Source: Mobula hypostoma (Eukaryota). Taken from it: DNA of 64,000 bases. Both the position numbers and the translations under genes were made by a program. Shown piece after piece: positions 38,083 through 51,809 of this stretch; the first letter of the stretch is position 1, and the number at the start of each line of letters is the position of its first letter. Below the pieces are notes generated by a model. The model searched no databases, was not told the DNA's origin, and saw nothing but the letters and a program-made list of their open reading frames with translations. The stretch lies in the NCBI RefSeq assembly GCF_963921235.1, contig NC_086097.1:84508001-84572000 (forward strand). Reading direction: 5' to 3'.

Positions 38083-41000
38083 TTTTAGAGTAGCGCAGTT
38101 CTTAAGTTTAAACTTAAACATAGATTAACTTTATTCTTTTGCCCCCTTGACCCCAAAATCCATTTGATAAACTAAATTCAACATCCCCACACTATTTATT
38201 CTATGCATTGACAATTACAATTATCGCTCTCCAAATATATTCTATATGCGTTGGGCATTTTCATGCCTTACAAGGGGCAGATTGGAAGTCTGTGTGGGGC
38301 GCCACTTAGAGGTAAACCTGGGGTTAATAGAGTGGGTGGATTTAGAGATGGATCAGAGAAAACAGGATAAGGTACTGGTACAAGCAAAGGGCTCGGAGAG
38401 GGTATTTCTTGGCCTGTCTTTGAATGCTTTCTAACTCTCAATGATTACTGATAGAAATGGAGGTGGGGCAGGAGGACAATGGAGAACCTCAGAAAATTAT
38501 CATATAGGACATGAGCCTACTCATTAAACATGTAAGTAATAATCAGATGAGGACAAAAGGATGGAGGAGAAGGCTCAACACAGGAAAAGAAATAGTGCAA
38601 GGATGTTTGTTTACATTATTTCTTGAACTTGGTTTGGGTGGGGGGGGGTGCTGGTGGGGGTTGATAGTGACTGTGAAGGCCATTTGATTGAATGGAGAAA
38701 AGCATTTAACACAGTAGTAGAAGAAGAATGATTATTGTCATTGTGTCCAGATCCAATTGTATATTCGAGTTATATTGTTCAACAAGTTAGATTAGTTCAT
38801 ATCTGGAATCACTGCCTTTGTAATATTCTTTATGAAAAGTTCACCATTTATTACTACGTTAAAATTGGGCCGTGAGTGCTGCCAAACTGAAAGACTGGCA
38901 AAAGGAAAAATCTGGGGGAAAAACTGGGGGGAAAACAGACTATCCTTTTTTAAAATTTGCATTTTCACTTATAACATGTTAAAACTCCCCCAAATTGTGA
39001 CAGCAATAGTCCAACATGGAAAATTCATCTGCAGTGGGATTTTTAACTTTGCTCATATGAGAATATCAGCTTTCACACACAGGTCAGACCAAGCTGAATC
39101 AATTGTCATGTTCACAAGTATTGGAACAATGAAAAATGTGCTTACCAAAATGGCTACCAATACCGTCTCCCGTAGAATGTTGCTTTTAAAGGACAGACAT
39201 CAAAATTACATTCTTTGTCCTCAGTGAGAACACAGAACTCCTGCAATACCAAGTGCAGCCTCATTTCTGCTTTCATTGCTTTCCTATGGGGGACAGGATT
39301 ATGGTCACTAACTTTCAGCTGCCTAGCCTCAGGAGTCCAGATTCTCCTGCTGACCCCTGCTAAATCTCAGAGTTTGTTGCTTACTGCTGCATTAAGCAGG
39401 TCACTCAAACTCCATAAACATGGAGGGAAAATTTCATCTACTGGAACTGACGCTTCCCCATTGGGAGTTCTCCCAAAGAGAGGATTGCAGCCGTATTTTT
39501 ACGGAGACCTCTCTGGAAACTCATTACCAGTCCTGTAACCACCCACAGCTGGTGTTAGCACTTCTCATACAGTGCACACCTTTTGTTCACTTCCAGCTTC
39601 CCAGGTACATTTGGGGTCCTCTCCCATCATATCCATCATTGCCGCATCCATTCATTCAAAAGCAACAATCCCTACAGGGGCCTTGCTGAAATTGTGCATG
39701 TTTCTTCAAGAGGTGACCGCAAAGATTTTACCTGCTGCGCTACATGCTGCTGGAATGTAGCAGATTTCCAGTCGTACTGTGTACTGTTGTACAGGTAAAT
39801 GTGCTCCATATAATGTACTCTTCAACAAAAGAAACTGTACACAGATAATAACATTCATGATGAAAGGTCAATGTAAGGACACTGTATATGTAAAATCAGC
39901 TCTCTATGTTCTTATCATTTCAATACTATTCCATGAGAACAGATTATGCTCAATTACCAAGACTCAAGTTAAATCATTTGACAACATTCTCCATATACCT
40001 CTCTCTCAATGCATTTCCACTCAAATCTTCCTGTGACAGCAAAGGTTACACTAATGCAAAACTCTTAAGCCTGTGGCTCTCACAGCAATATCAATTCTTT
40101 TTTCTGCTTCTGACCAATTCTGTTCCATGACATGAAGTAGTCATTTTTAAAGTGACTGAGAGAAACAGAAGTTTGTGTAAAACTTAGATTAACCTTCAAC
40201 CTTTCTGCATGGAGTAAGTACAAACAAAGCACGAAGTACAAGTAAGCAATTCAGAAATAAACAGGCCAGGGCTCTCAATGCACACATCAAGCCAGCCTCA
40301 CAGTTCTCCTGCAGTTTTTATCTTTTAATATGTATGGTAAATCCATTTAATTTTATTTTTGTCTGCAATTGGCACCCCATCTGTTCTGCTACTGTTAATG
40401 GCGCCATTACATTTCAGACCTGTTTGAAGACTCCCCGCATGCAATCTAGTTTGGCAAAATCTAGTACACCTTCCTGGCAAATGAACTGAACAGCATTTGA
40501 CTATTAAAAAAAAGGGCACATCTGCTCAACATTATAAAATACTAATTCACAACAGCAAAACCCATAACTTTTAACAGACAGAAGGCTCCATGAGTAATAT
40601 ATTATGATTAAAACAACACTTTAAGCATATACACAACCTGGTAGAAAATAATTGATTATTAATACTATTGATTATTTAATACCCATCATATTTAAGTGAG
40701 TGACTATGTTTGGACTTAGTGGATGACCAGGGACTCTAGGGTAAAACATCACCCTGGAGCATCAGAGCAATTTTATCACAAGCTCCCTAAACTGCATGTA
40801 AACTGTTTTCAGCTGTGCAGTGCTGCTCAGCTGATTTATGGATGAGTGGCTGAGATATGCAGGTCACCAAAGTGCCTGCCTCCCTCCCCAGGCAAGTGCT
40901 GTTTTAGCTAATCTCAGGCAAATATGTGCCTGGTTCAGACTTGGCCTGTATTAATCATATGTGGGGCTGCACTAAAGATGCTATAACTGGGATAAGTTCC

Positions 41001-41199
41001 CAGCAATAAGGAGGATTAGTGAAAGTTCCTGCACATAATGGCAGCACAGTGAGAACAAAGAGTTTAATCAGCAGTGTAACAGTGAGTGGATGTGAATCTA
41101 ACAGTGATTATAATAGGACCCAAGTTCAATACAGAATTTGAAAGAGGAGGACCAGGAAGCAGCACTTAGATACTAAATTTGCACAAAGCTGGCTTGTCC

Positions 41200-43330
41200 G
41201 TGATATGATAGGTTGTCCATGATAAGCTCAGCAAGACTTATGAATAAGGAATATCATCAAAGATGGTGCGAAAAAAGAATTTAACCTGATACTACACTAG
41301 CTTATAACCCAAGGGATAAGAGTGCTGTTTGCCCAAAAAAATTTGCTCAAGGACACTGAAAGATGGAAGGGGGCAAAATAATAGCAGAGGATAAGCCAAT
41401 ATTTGTACAGGCCCTGGCAACCAAGAAAGATGCATAGCAAATCAGATCTTGATAAAACTGTTTTAAGTCCAAGGGAATGTTTAGAACAACTTGCAAGAAA
41501 TATCAAAAATAACATTGGTCCACAATTTGGAAAATGAGCAACCTCTTAAAGGCATATAATGATGACATAAAAGGAATTTAAAAAGTCAATATGGTGAACT
41601 ATTACCTTACATTGATGTTTATAGTGAATGGAAAGGAAAACATACCAGGCATCCTGAAATTACTCATGAGTAAATTGCTACTCATGTCTGTGTTCACTGT
41701 CTACGGTCCCATCAGCCTGGACAAGTGCCTACCAGGTGCAGAAGATGGAGGCAGCAGAGGCCCCTCCCATAGTATCCTGATGGCAGTTCTAATGGAGACA
41801 TTTAAAGGGATTCAGTTTAAAAATAATACAATAAAATAAACGCAATTAAAATCAAAATATTATAGACCCATAGAGTAATATAGGACAGAAACAGGCCTTT
41901 CAGCCCAACTGATCCATGCTGACCACAGCATCCTAATCTCCATGCCATGGTCAGCACAGACCAATGGGGCTGCCAGGCTTTAGAAAGTAATCAAAAACTT
42001 GACATTAAAGAAGTTGACTCATTTACCATTCAATAGATGGGTCCAGCCCTACCTTTAGAGTGTAGCAAAGCAGAATAAGGTCAGGTGCATGATCTTCTGA
42101 TCTTAAGGATGTTTCAGTGTATGCAGACAAGTTTGAAACTTCCTGGATATCAAAAGGCTGATCACCATAAACCACTGATGACAGGTAAGCGCAGTTAGCC
42201 CCTTAAATAAAATTTGGGATATAGTCTTAGTATAATCCAAATCAATGAATATCACAATTACAGAAAAAAAGTGGAACTGAAGGTAGAAATGAAGATGATG
42301 TTCCATTTCAGAATGTTAATAAAAGAACCTGAAAACATTTGAAGGTTAATATATGGGTGATAATTCCAGAATTGTTCCTTTGATTGGAAAATTGTACACA
42401 ATACTCCATTATTTAGGAAAGCCAAGTAGGTTTAAAAAAAAACAATTGTCTCAATATCTGCTTTCTTGAAATGGCTGGAGTTTACAGTTAAGGATGGAAT
42501 GATTAAAAACCTTGAAAACTTTTGTGTATTTGTAAAAGGCCAGCTGTTTCTGACTAACCTGACTGAGTGTTTTGAAGAGATAGCTAAAGAAAACAAAAAT
42601 ATAAATGATGAGGATGTTACTTATCCTGATGTCTTGATGAAGAGTCTTGGCCTGAAACGTTGAATCTTCATTCCTCTCCGTAGATACTGCCTGACCTGCT
42701 GAGTTCCTCTAGCATTTTTTTTGTGTGTGTGTGTTACTTAGGATTTCCAGCATCTGCAGAATCTCTTGTGTTTGTGAGGATGTTATTTATGTGATTTTGC
42801 TACATAAAGTACCTCACAAGAGACCAATAGCTAATGTTTCTGCTTATGCACTTTAAACTATTGACCAGGTTGAGAAGAGCGGAGATTATAAAAAGGCAGT
42901 CAGTCTGGCAGTGCATTCCTGGGTGTGGTTTCTAAGGTCCCTGCTTTATTGTTATTATTATTATTATTCTGCCATAACTAATCCAATTTGTCAAAAAACC
43001 TAACCAAATGCAGAGTCACATGCAATATGATGGCTGCATAAATTACAAAGATTGAACGAATCAATTACAAGAATAAACAAGATTGTGGTAAATCAATTTT
43101 GATACAGGCAAGCTATTTGATAGAACTCGACAAAACTCTTTCCAAACACTGAACAGCAAGCAGCTGTGATGGGTCGATCAAATGCAGTGCATATACATGG
43201 ATTGTTAAAGTGTCATTGACAACTACAGAAGATATCAAGGAAAGCAAATAGAATCCCAGCTGCGTAAAAGCATGGTAAGATCTCTGATAAACAAAGACAA
43301 CTGGTCTGAAATTATCTGGACTAAACTACG
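41200..43330 (+). mobile_element. Highly decayed CR1 LINE with nested insertions
   Basis: FVKGQLFLTNLTECFEE motif (GFxKGRSCLTNL..FFE); AAGTACCTCACAAGAGAC. Confidence 0.55.
42625..42774 (+). mobile_element. 150-bp Penelope-terminus insertion starting at the hammerhead
   Basis: 16-bp TSD TGAGGATGTTA(C/T)TTAT (42609-42624, 42775-42790); TGATGAAGAGTCTTGGCCTGAAACGTT. Confidence 0.8.
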
Positions 43331-44959
43331 TATACAGGAAATCTGAGAAAGGAGAATTGTCCTGTATGGTACAAAATAGCACCACCTTCAGAATCAGCTA
43401 AAATCAGATGACAACTAGAAGAATTTCATTTAGACTTTCCAGTTCTTTGATGATTATAGAGGCTAAAAATACTGTGTGTTTGGACTACCTACTGCTTTGT
43501 TACAAGGAACTATCAATGTTTTGGATTGAAACCTTGCATCAACTAACACTGACAATTCCTTTCCTCCCACAGATGCTGCTCGATCTGAGTTCCTACAGCA
43601 GATTTTTTTATTGCTCCAGACTCTGTAGTCTCCATATTGCTTTCTTAACTGGTTTCATCATTCAATGCAAGTGTAGGTTCTGCCTTTCAATATAATGTCA
43701 ATCCAACTACTTTGTAATGTCAAAAATCAAATAGGACTAGCTAGTCATTGGTGATAAGAGATGAAATCACCCTAAATTAATGAAAATTTAAAAACCACTG
43801 AGGATGGAAGGAAACTGATAGAAGATCAGAAAATGTTGGAAACACTCAGCATATAGGAAAGGGAAAGTAGAATTCAGGGTTCAGACTGGAGACCCTTTGT
43901 TTCTCTCACCACAGACACTAAGTTTATTTTTCATCAACTGCTGGGTTATTTCAGGACCTAATGTAAGAAGGCTCAGAACATCTCCAGAAATGGCAACAGG
44001 ATCTCAATGAAGATTCATGTCCTGTTAGCTCATCTATTCTTCTTGTAGGTTGAGTAGCATAATGGTCAGAATGGTCCAACACTAAAGATCAAGGGGAAGT
44101 AAATATCATATCATTCCTACAAGGTAGAGTAACATGTGGATTCCACTCTGGTAAAATGGATTCTTTCCAATCTGAGAGAAGAAGCTAACATCAGATTGGA
44201 AGATGAACATTGTAATTATAAAGGCAAAAAAATGTATTATTATTTATTTATTATTATAATTTCTTTCTTTTTGTATTGGCACAGTTTGTTGTCTTTTGCA
44301 CACTGGTTGAATGCCCAAGTTCTGAGGTCTTTCAATGATTCTGTTATGGTTGTTATTCTATCATGGATTTATCGAGTATGCCCACATGAAACTGAATCTC
44401 AGGGTTGTATAAGGTGACATCTATGTACATTGATAATAAATTTACTTTGAACTTTGAAGATACATCGGGTTGCTGCAGATTATGAGGGGATTAATAAGAT
44501 ACAAGAGAGGCTCTTCACTGGGTATACCATATTCAAGTGCTTGAGACATTTCTCAAAGTACCAAGCCACTCTCTATGTACTGATCTCACCCAAGGCCAGA
44601 GTTCATTCCCCATAAGCTGCTAAGCCAAAGGGAGTGCAACAAATGGTACCAATAGCGAATATATCAGGCCTACACAGTCCACTACAGGTGCAAACCCATG
44701 AGCCCTTGGGATTGATGGCTGTCTACTATAGTGTAACATGATGTATTAAGGTTCCTGAAGTATAGTAGATGCTACAAGCATTATGGCTGCAAATCTGGAA
44801 CCCAATTATGTACTTAAGTTCCAAATATTCAGCAAAAGAAATTACTTGGTAAAAATAGATTTTCCATTGTGAATAACAGCAGGACAACAACAAATGCCCG
44901 CTAATAGAATTTTACATATGTAAACATGAACCACTTGAAGGATGCTTGAGAAAATTGTT

Positions 44960-46250
44960 CAAGTTCTTTTAGCCTGTAACAGGGAATGTCAATACAGGAG
45001 AACCTGTAAATATCATGTACTTGGATTTCCAAAAAGCATTAGACAAAGTGTCATATAAGAGACTGGCACATAAATTAGAAGCCCATGGTATCAGAAGAAA
45101 TGTGTTAAAATGGACTGAAAACTGGCCATTTCAAAGGAAATGGAGATTTGGAAAAAAGTTGTTCTTTTTTTCCAGACTGGAAGGAAGTAACTGGTGGAGT
45201 ACAGTGGGGGAGGGGGGGGTCAGTATTTCTCCTGCAATTGATGACTATTGTATTGTGCAACATTTTCAACTTAGGTAAGAAGGGGAATGTTGTGATGTGA
45301 TTCTGCAAAGGGATATGCAAAGATTGAACAAGTGGGTAAAGGACTGGAAAGCAGAGTGTAATGTGGGTAACTGAGAAGACATGTACTTTGGTATCAGAAA
45401 TCAAAAGGCAGGTTATTATCTAAACGGATGGAGAGTGAAAATGAGTGAAATACTGAGGGATTTGGGTGCCCTAGTACATGAATCACAATAAGGTAACAGG
45501 CAGGTCTAGCAAGTAGTTAAGGTGGCAAAGGACATATTACCCTTCAATGCAAAGGAATTAGAGTTTAAGCATAATGATATTTGACTGTAAATGTACATGA
45601 TGATGACATGGCCTCAACTGGAATACTGTGTACAGTTTTGGCCTCCTTACCTAAAGAAAGGTGCAATAACATTGGAGGGAAAGGAGATTCACCAGGCTAA
45701 CTCATGGGATGAGAGTGTTGCCTGACCAAAAGAGACTAAATAATTTGAGCCTGTGCTCCTTAGAGATCAGAAAAATGAGGGGTAACCTTATTCAACTATA
45801 TAAGATCCTAATAGGGCTTGACAGTGCAGATACTGGGGTTCTTTCATGAGAAGCAGAGTCTTGAACAAAGGACATAAAGACCAGATGAAACATTTTAAAG
45901 TGGAATAAATAGAAATTTATTCTAGCAGAAGGTGGTGAATTTCTGGAATTCTGTGTCCCAGCAGGCGATCAATGTTGGATCTTTAGAAATAATGAAATCA
46001 AAGGTGAATAAACTTTTAATCAATCAAGGAATGGGAGATGTGGCAGCTTAGATTGGTCATGATCATACTAAGTGTTTCAGGGTGTGACAGAAAGAGTGGT
46101 AGGTGCCCAGGAATGCACTGTTGGTGTGGTGGTAGAGGCTGATACGGGAGGGACATTTAAGAGACTCTTAGATAGGTACATGGATGTAAGAAAATGGAGA
46201 GGGTTATGTGCTGTGTAGGAGGGAAGATTGATAGTACAGTAGGTTTATAT
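44960..46250 (+). mobile_element. CR1/HER1 LINE RT and 3' end (two adjoining fragments)
   Basis: YLDFQKALDKVSYKRLAHKLEAHGI...KWTENW; GGAATACTGTGTACAGTTTTGG. Confidence 0.85.
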
Positions 46251-46552
46251 AGCCTCCAAGAGGCCCACAGCCTTGTCATAGGATTTGGACACTTGTGTAT
46301 CTCAATAATCCGGAGAGCTATGTTGGCTGGAGTCAGGGCCTTGTGCTTTGGCTCTTGGTAGGGTCAACCTGTCAAAAAGGTCAAAGGGTAGAGGCCAGAC
46401 TAAGAGTGATCCAAAGGTCCTCAGTGTTTGGGTTTTCAGCTCAGGTCTAACAACCATGACTGGTTTAAAAAAAAAATTAAGGAAACAGCAATGAAGAAAA
46501 AGTACTCCATTGCTGCCCTAAATGCCAGTGGCGTAACTGGCAGTAGGTAAGC
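46251..46552 (+). mobile_element. Short non-autonomous RTE-type element
   Basis: RTE-like 5'UTR (CCTTGTCATAGG...GAGAGCTATG...GGTCAAAGGGTAGAGGCCAGAC) joined to an RTE-like 3' end with a GTAAG-type tail. Confidence 0.55.
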
Positions 46553-48164
46553 AAGGTCTATAAGAGATTGTACTGTGCTGTATTGTCCCATCTTCTATGT
46601 CCAAATGTCTCTTCCAGACAAAATAGTAAAAGCATCATTATTACTGACATATAGTCATCATGAGATGGGTGAAAAATAGCCATTACTCCCAAAATAAAAG
46701 CCAGCTTGCCAGTACTTCAGAACCAAAGGCTCACACAAGTCTGGTAAGAAAATTGGCTGTGGCTTTTTCCTCAGTGATGGCTCAGCCACACATTGGTTTC
46801 AATGTAGAAAAAGTTCAGCAACTTTTAGATAGGGAAAATATATTTAAAAAACAGCAATCTATGGTGGTGAGACAGAGAAGATTTGAGAAAGCTTTTAACC
46901 TTTGTCTGCCTGCAGCAAGCAAGGATGCTAATTTATGAACATAGTATTTTTGGACAGCCAAGTTCTGGAGTGACAAAGGATTTATATGACTTTTTGATAG
47001 TTCTTTTACTTCTTGTATCTTGTGATGGTTGCAACACCACCACAAACTCCCCCTGTCGACACCACCAACCAACATGTGTTTGAAGCCAAAGCACTGTCAG
47101 TTTGTTGTAACTCACTTGCCTTGTGTTCCCCAAAAGACTTCAATAGAAAACAGGGTGTTAAACTTTGAATTATGGCTGCACTGAACTGCAAACATTTCAC
47201 TTGGGTTTTGCTGTATAGACTCTGTGGAGTCTGTGAAGATAAAAAAAAAACGGCTTCTGAAAAGACAGGCAACTGTTACTGTACATGACCTTGATCGTGC
47301 TGCAGAAACCAATTGGAAAGCCAATATTTTAAATTGGCACCATACTAACAGTGTTAGTTTACATCATTTGGATCCAAAGTGAGTGTTTATTGTGGGTACA
47401 ATCATTATCCAAGTTTTGGGAAGAGGGTTTTTCTTCAGTAAGAATGAATATCTTACGGGCCAATTTGAATAAAGCAGAGCATGTTAATTAATAACGCAGA
47501 GATGGGGCCCTCTTCCAGTTCTCCCCGGCTGTATATGTGGCTTGTTGAGATTTTCCAGCTCCTGTGGTAAAATATAAACTCTGAAAGAAAATGGAGTTGG
47601 ATGCATCGTGGCTGTATTTCAAATACAATTCTGATCACCACAGGCAAGCTTTCTACATTAGAATCATATAGCAGACTCTGCAGCTCGCCACGTCAAATGC
47701 TGACCCTCAAGCACTCACTTATACTCATCCCATTTATCAACACTTGTGCTGCAGCCTTCTATGCCTTCGTGATGCAAGGGCTGATCCAGAATGTTGTGAG
47801 GTTACCTGCACCCACCATCTTCTCAGACAGTGTGTCAGTACTTGTTCTTACGAGGAATGGCATGCTCATTCTCTATAATTTCCTAAATCTATACATTGTA
47901 GTCAGAAGCCTTACCTGGAATTCAAAAACAAAAAAAAAGGCAGCATCTGGCCCAGGATCATGGGCTCAGTATTTGAACTGCAAACCAATTAGTCCAGATC
48001 CCTGCAAGATTATTCTTCAGGTTTCCCATTCAGCCTATCAAATCTATACATGCTCTTAGATAATCTTTTCCCTCACGTATGAGCTATGAGAAAGGGTTTA
48101 TTAATACAATCCATTCTCCCTCCCATGCACAGCAATCCCACACACCTCCCCTGCCATTCACCTG

Positions 48165-48335
48165 CTCTAGGGGCAATCTACAGTGGCCCATTCACCCTCC
48201 AAACTGTACAGATCTGGGATGTGGGAGGATATCAGAATGTCTGGGCAAAACCCACACAGTTGAAGTGAGAACGTGCAAACTCCACACAGACAGGATTGAA
48301 CCCAGATTCGGATTGAACCTGGGTCACTGGAATTG
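48165..48335 (-). mobile_element. V-SINE fragment
   Basis: GAGAACGTGCAAACTCCACACAGAC; GGATTGAACCTGGGTC (antisense box B). Confidence 0.7.
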
Positions 48336-48989
48336 CCTCATTCCATTTAAATTCCTTAATAAACCTGTGCCCATTTCAAACACTAAATACAGGCCAGCAA
48401 CAAACTGATTCCCCCTTATGTTTACTCTAGCTCTCTCACAAATGACCAAATTGTCCAAAACAAGTTCTTTAAAATGGCTGAAATTTCAGAACAGTTAGAA
48501 TAGCAATAATTTCAGGGCAAAATCCAGCCACGTACCCTCTGAGCTCATGCCAGCATTGTGCATCAGAATTCAAAGCACTCCACTCCTGGGCAAGAGAATC
48601 CAATTCACTCCATTCCTGGGCTGCATCCTTCCAGTGATGCTCTTTGCTCTTGAATATTTGTCTTAGCCAATTCCTCTTTGAAAGCCGTAAGTGAATTGAC
48701 TTTCATAATCCTTCCAAGTTTACCCTCCCTGATCACAGTGACCGAGTGCAAGGAAAATTGTTTATTCTTGTTCCTTTTGTTAATTTGATTATCTCGAGTC
48801 TGCATCCTTTGGTTCTTGACCCTTGATACAATTTGTCTTTGTTTTGAGCGTTTCCATCAAAACCCACTTCAAGGAGAGCTATTCCAGGTTTATTGGTGGG
48901 TCCTTATAATTGAAGTCTCTCAACCCATAATCTACTCCAGCTGGCCTTTGCTGCCCTATCTGCAAGCAGAGTAACACAGGACTCCATAA

Positions 48990-49222
48990 AAATATTTTTA
49001 TGCAGAGAGAGGTGAATCTGTGGAATTCATTGCTACAGACAGATGAGGAGGCTAAGTCATTGGGTATATTTAAGGCAGAGCTTAATGGGTACTTATTTAG
49101 TAAGAGTGTCAAACATTATAGAGAGAAGACAGGAGAACAGGATTGAAAGAGAAAAGAAATCAGCCATGCTTGAAAGGGGCAGAAATAGGATAATTCTGCC
49201 CCTATTTCTTATGGTCTTATTA
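48990..49222 (+). mobile_element. CR1 3' end
   Basis: GGTGAATCTGTGGAATTCATTGC...TTCTTATGGTCTTAT. Confidence 0.75.
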
Positions 49223-49355
49223 TGTGGGCAAACCAGTGCCTTATAGTTTTCTTCAGTCCTGTACTTGGTCTCTTTTATAACAATCAGGATTTCAAATCTT
49301 TCAACAAGCTCTGCTGTCAGGACATGTACATATCTACATATATATATATCTCGAC

Positions 49356-49434
49356 GAGGGGATCCCAAACATCTTATGCCATGGTCCTTACCATTAACCG
49401 AGGAGATCCATAGACCCCAGGTTGGGAACCCCTG
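49356..49434. mobile_element. 80-bp hAT MITE (same family as 1589-1668)
   Basis: TTATGCCATGG...CCCCAGGTTGGGAACCCCTG. Confidence 0.75.
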
Positions 49435-49517
49435 CTGCCCTAGATCTTTCTTCTTCTGCACCCTTTTAGAATTGCTGTTTTAAATTGCATTGCCTCATTA
49501 TATGTTTGTTCTCGTGT

Positions 49518-49546
49518 TCTCTCTCCCTCTCTCTCTGTCTCTCTTT

Positions 49547-49585
<39 letters not shown>

Positions 49586-49609
49586 GCACGCACACACACA
49601 CACACACAC
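49518..49609. repeat. Compound (CT)n/(CA)n microsatellite
   Basis: Direct reading of the sequence. Confidence 0.95.
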
Positions 49610-50039
49610 TTACATGCAGTATGCAGTATATTGGCAATGGCCAACATTTATTCCTCACACCCAACTGCTCTTGAGAAAGTGGTGATGAGCAAACTTCTCG
49701 AACTATTGCAAATTCTCTGGTGGCGGTAGGCCAACAGTGTGTTGGGAGGGAACTCCAGGAACTAGATCCAGTGGTGATGAAGCACCAGGTATTCTTTTCT
49801 AAGGAAGGATCGTGGACCACTTGGAGGTGATGGTGTCCTTATCCTTCCTGGTGGAGGTCATGGATTTAGGAAATGTTGTTGAAGTAGCCTATGCAAGTAA
49901 CTGTAGTGCACTTTGCAATTGCATGCATTGGGTGGTAAAAGAATGAATGTTCAGGATGGTTGATGGGGTACCAGTCAACATGGGCTGCTTTGCCCTGGAT
50001 GGTGTTGAGATTTTTGAGAGTTGTTGACACATCAAGGCA

Positions 50040-50385
50040 AAATTCAAAGTAACTTTATTATCAAAGTACTTATGTGTCCGCATACACAACCCTGAGATTC
50101 ATTTTCTTGAGGGCATACTCAATAAATCAACAAAACATAATAGAGTTAATCAAAGACTGCACCCAACAGGATGAAAAAGCAACCAATGTGCAAAAGACAA
50201 CAAACTGTGCAAATACAAAGGAAATAAAGAAAAATATAATCATCATAATTATAAATATTGAGAACATGAGATGAATAGACCTTGAAAGTAGGTCCATGGG
50301 TTGTGAGAACAGTTCAGTGATGGGACGAGTGAAGTGAGTGAAATTATTCCTGCTGGTTAAAGAGCCTGATGGTTGAAGGGTAATA
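50040..50385 (-). mobile_element. Rex1-like LINE 3'UTR
   Basis: Same family as 5300-5610 and 56013/57570. Confidence 0.65.
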
Positions 50386-50497
50386 ATATATCAACCATGA
50401 AGCTCTTGTAAGTGGAGGATATTGCATAATATTCCTCATTCGTGCCTTGTAGAGGGTGGAATGGCCTTGGGATGTCAGGCTTTGAGTCACTCATAAG

Positions 50498-50985
50498 AAC
50501 CATAGAAAGGGTGCAGAGGAGACTTACAAGGATGTTGCCTGGATTGGGGAGCATGCCTTATGAGAATAGGTTGGGTGAACTCGGCCTTTTCTCCTTGGAG
50601 TGACGGAGGATGAGAGGTGACCTGATAGAGGTGTATAAGATGATTAGAGGCATTGATCGTGTGGATAGTCAGAGGCTTTTTCCCAGGGCAGAGATAGCTA
50701 ACACGAGAGGGCACAGTTTTAAGGTGCTTGGAAGTAGGTCCAGAGGTAATGTCAGGGGTAAGTTTTTTACGTAGAGAGTGATGAGTGTATGGAATGGGCT
50801 GCTGGCAATGGTGGTGGAAGTGGATACAATAGAGTCTTTTAAGAGACTCCTGGATAGGTACATGGAGCTTAGAAAAACAGAGGGCTATGGGCAACCCTAG
50901 GTAATTTCTAAGGTAAGGACACGTTCGGCACAGATTTGTGGGTCGAAGGACCTGTATTGTGCTGCTGGTTTTCTATGTTCTATGA
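50498..50985 (+). mobile_element. Young CR1/HER1 3' end
   Basis: RVQRRLTRMLPGL...RLGELGLFSLE*RRMRGDLIEVYK; tail TTCTATGTTCTATG. Confidence 0.9.
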
Positions 50986-51731
50986 TCTATATCCAAACTC
51001 TGACCTACTTTTGCAGTTACCATGTTTTGTGACTAATCCAACAGAGAGTACAGTCAACATTGACAATAATATCAAGATGCAGTGGTTATACACTCTCGTA
51101 TTGGAGATGTTCATTTTCAGAAACCTCTGGAGAATGATCATTGCTTGCCATTTCTCATGTAGCTTGAGATGTTGAGTGACTGAAGCCAGCAATGGTTGTT
51201 TTGTTCACTAGAGAGTTGTGAATGCAGTCAAATGCTCTACAATCATGACCAAACTTAACAACTTCTGACATCTGTTTGCACCACACTGCAAAATGTCGAT
51301 CTATTACAGCATTATTGGTCCAATGGGAAAATACCTTTTTAAGCATTAGATAGTGAAAAAATGGATAAACTTACCACAAGTTACCAACCTGTGAATACAA
51401 TAGACAACTTGTCAGATTCAACCCTGTTGTTCACAAGTACCCTGCCAGAACGCAGGCATTATGTCGCATGTAGTATGTAGTGACACTTTTTCAAGCTGAT
51501 TCAGCCAGAGCTCATGCCAAGGAGCAAATCCTGATTGCTACCTCAGAAGCTGCTGCACAATGCATGTGGATATACACACTGAAAACCGTGCACCATATGG
51601 CACGGCTGAATTGTTGCGTCCACAGCGGCTGTTAAAGTAAGGCTGTTTACCAACAATGGAATGAAGTTTGGATGGAAGATCTGTTCTATTTACTTACTCA
51701 ATTAAGAGAGAATACAGGCAAGATGCCATAT

Positions 51732-51809
51732 CAGGGTTTCCAGCTTGTTTTATGCCATGGACCAATACCATTAAACAAAGGGTCCATGGACCCAGTGTGG
51801 GAATCCCTA
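51732..51809. mobile_element. 80-bp hAT MITE
   Basis: TTTTATGCCATGGACCAATACCATTAA, antisense to the 1589-1668 copy. Confidence 0.75.
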
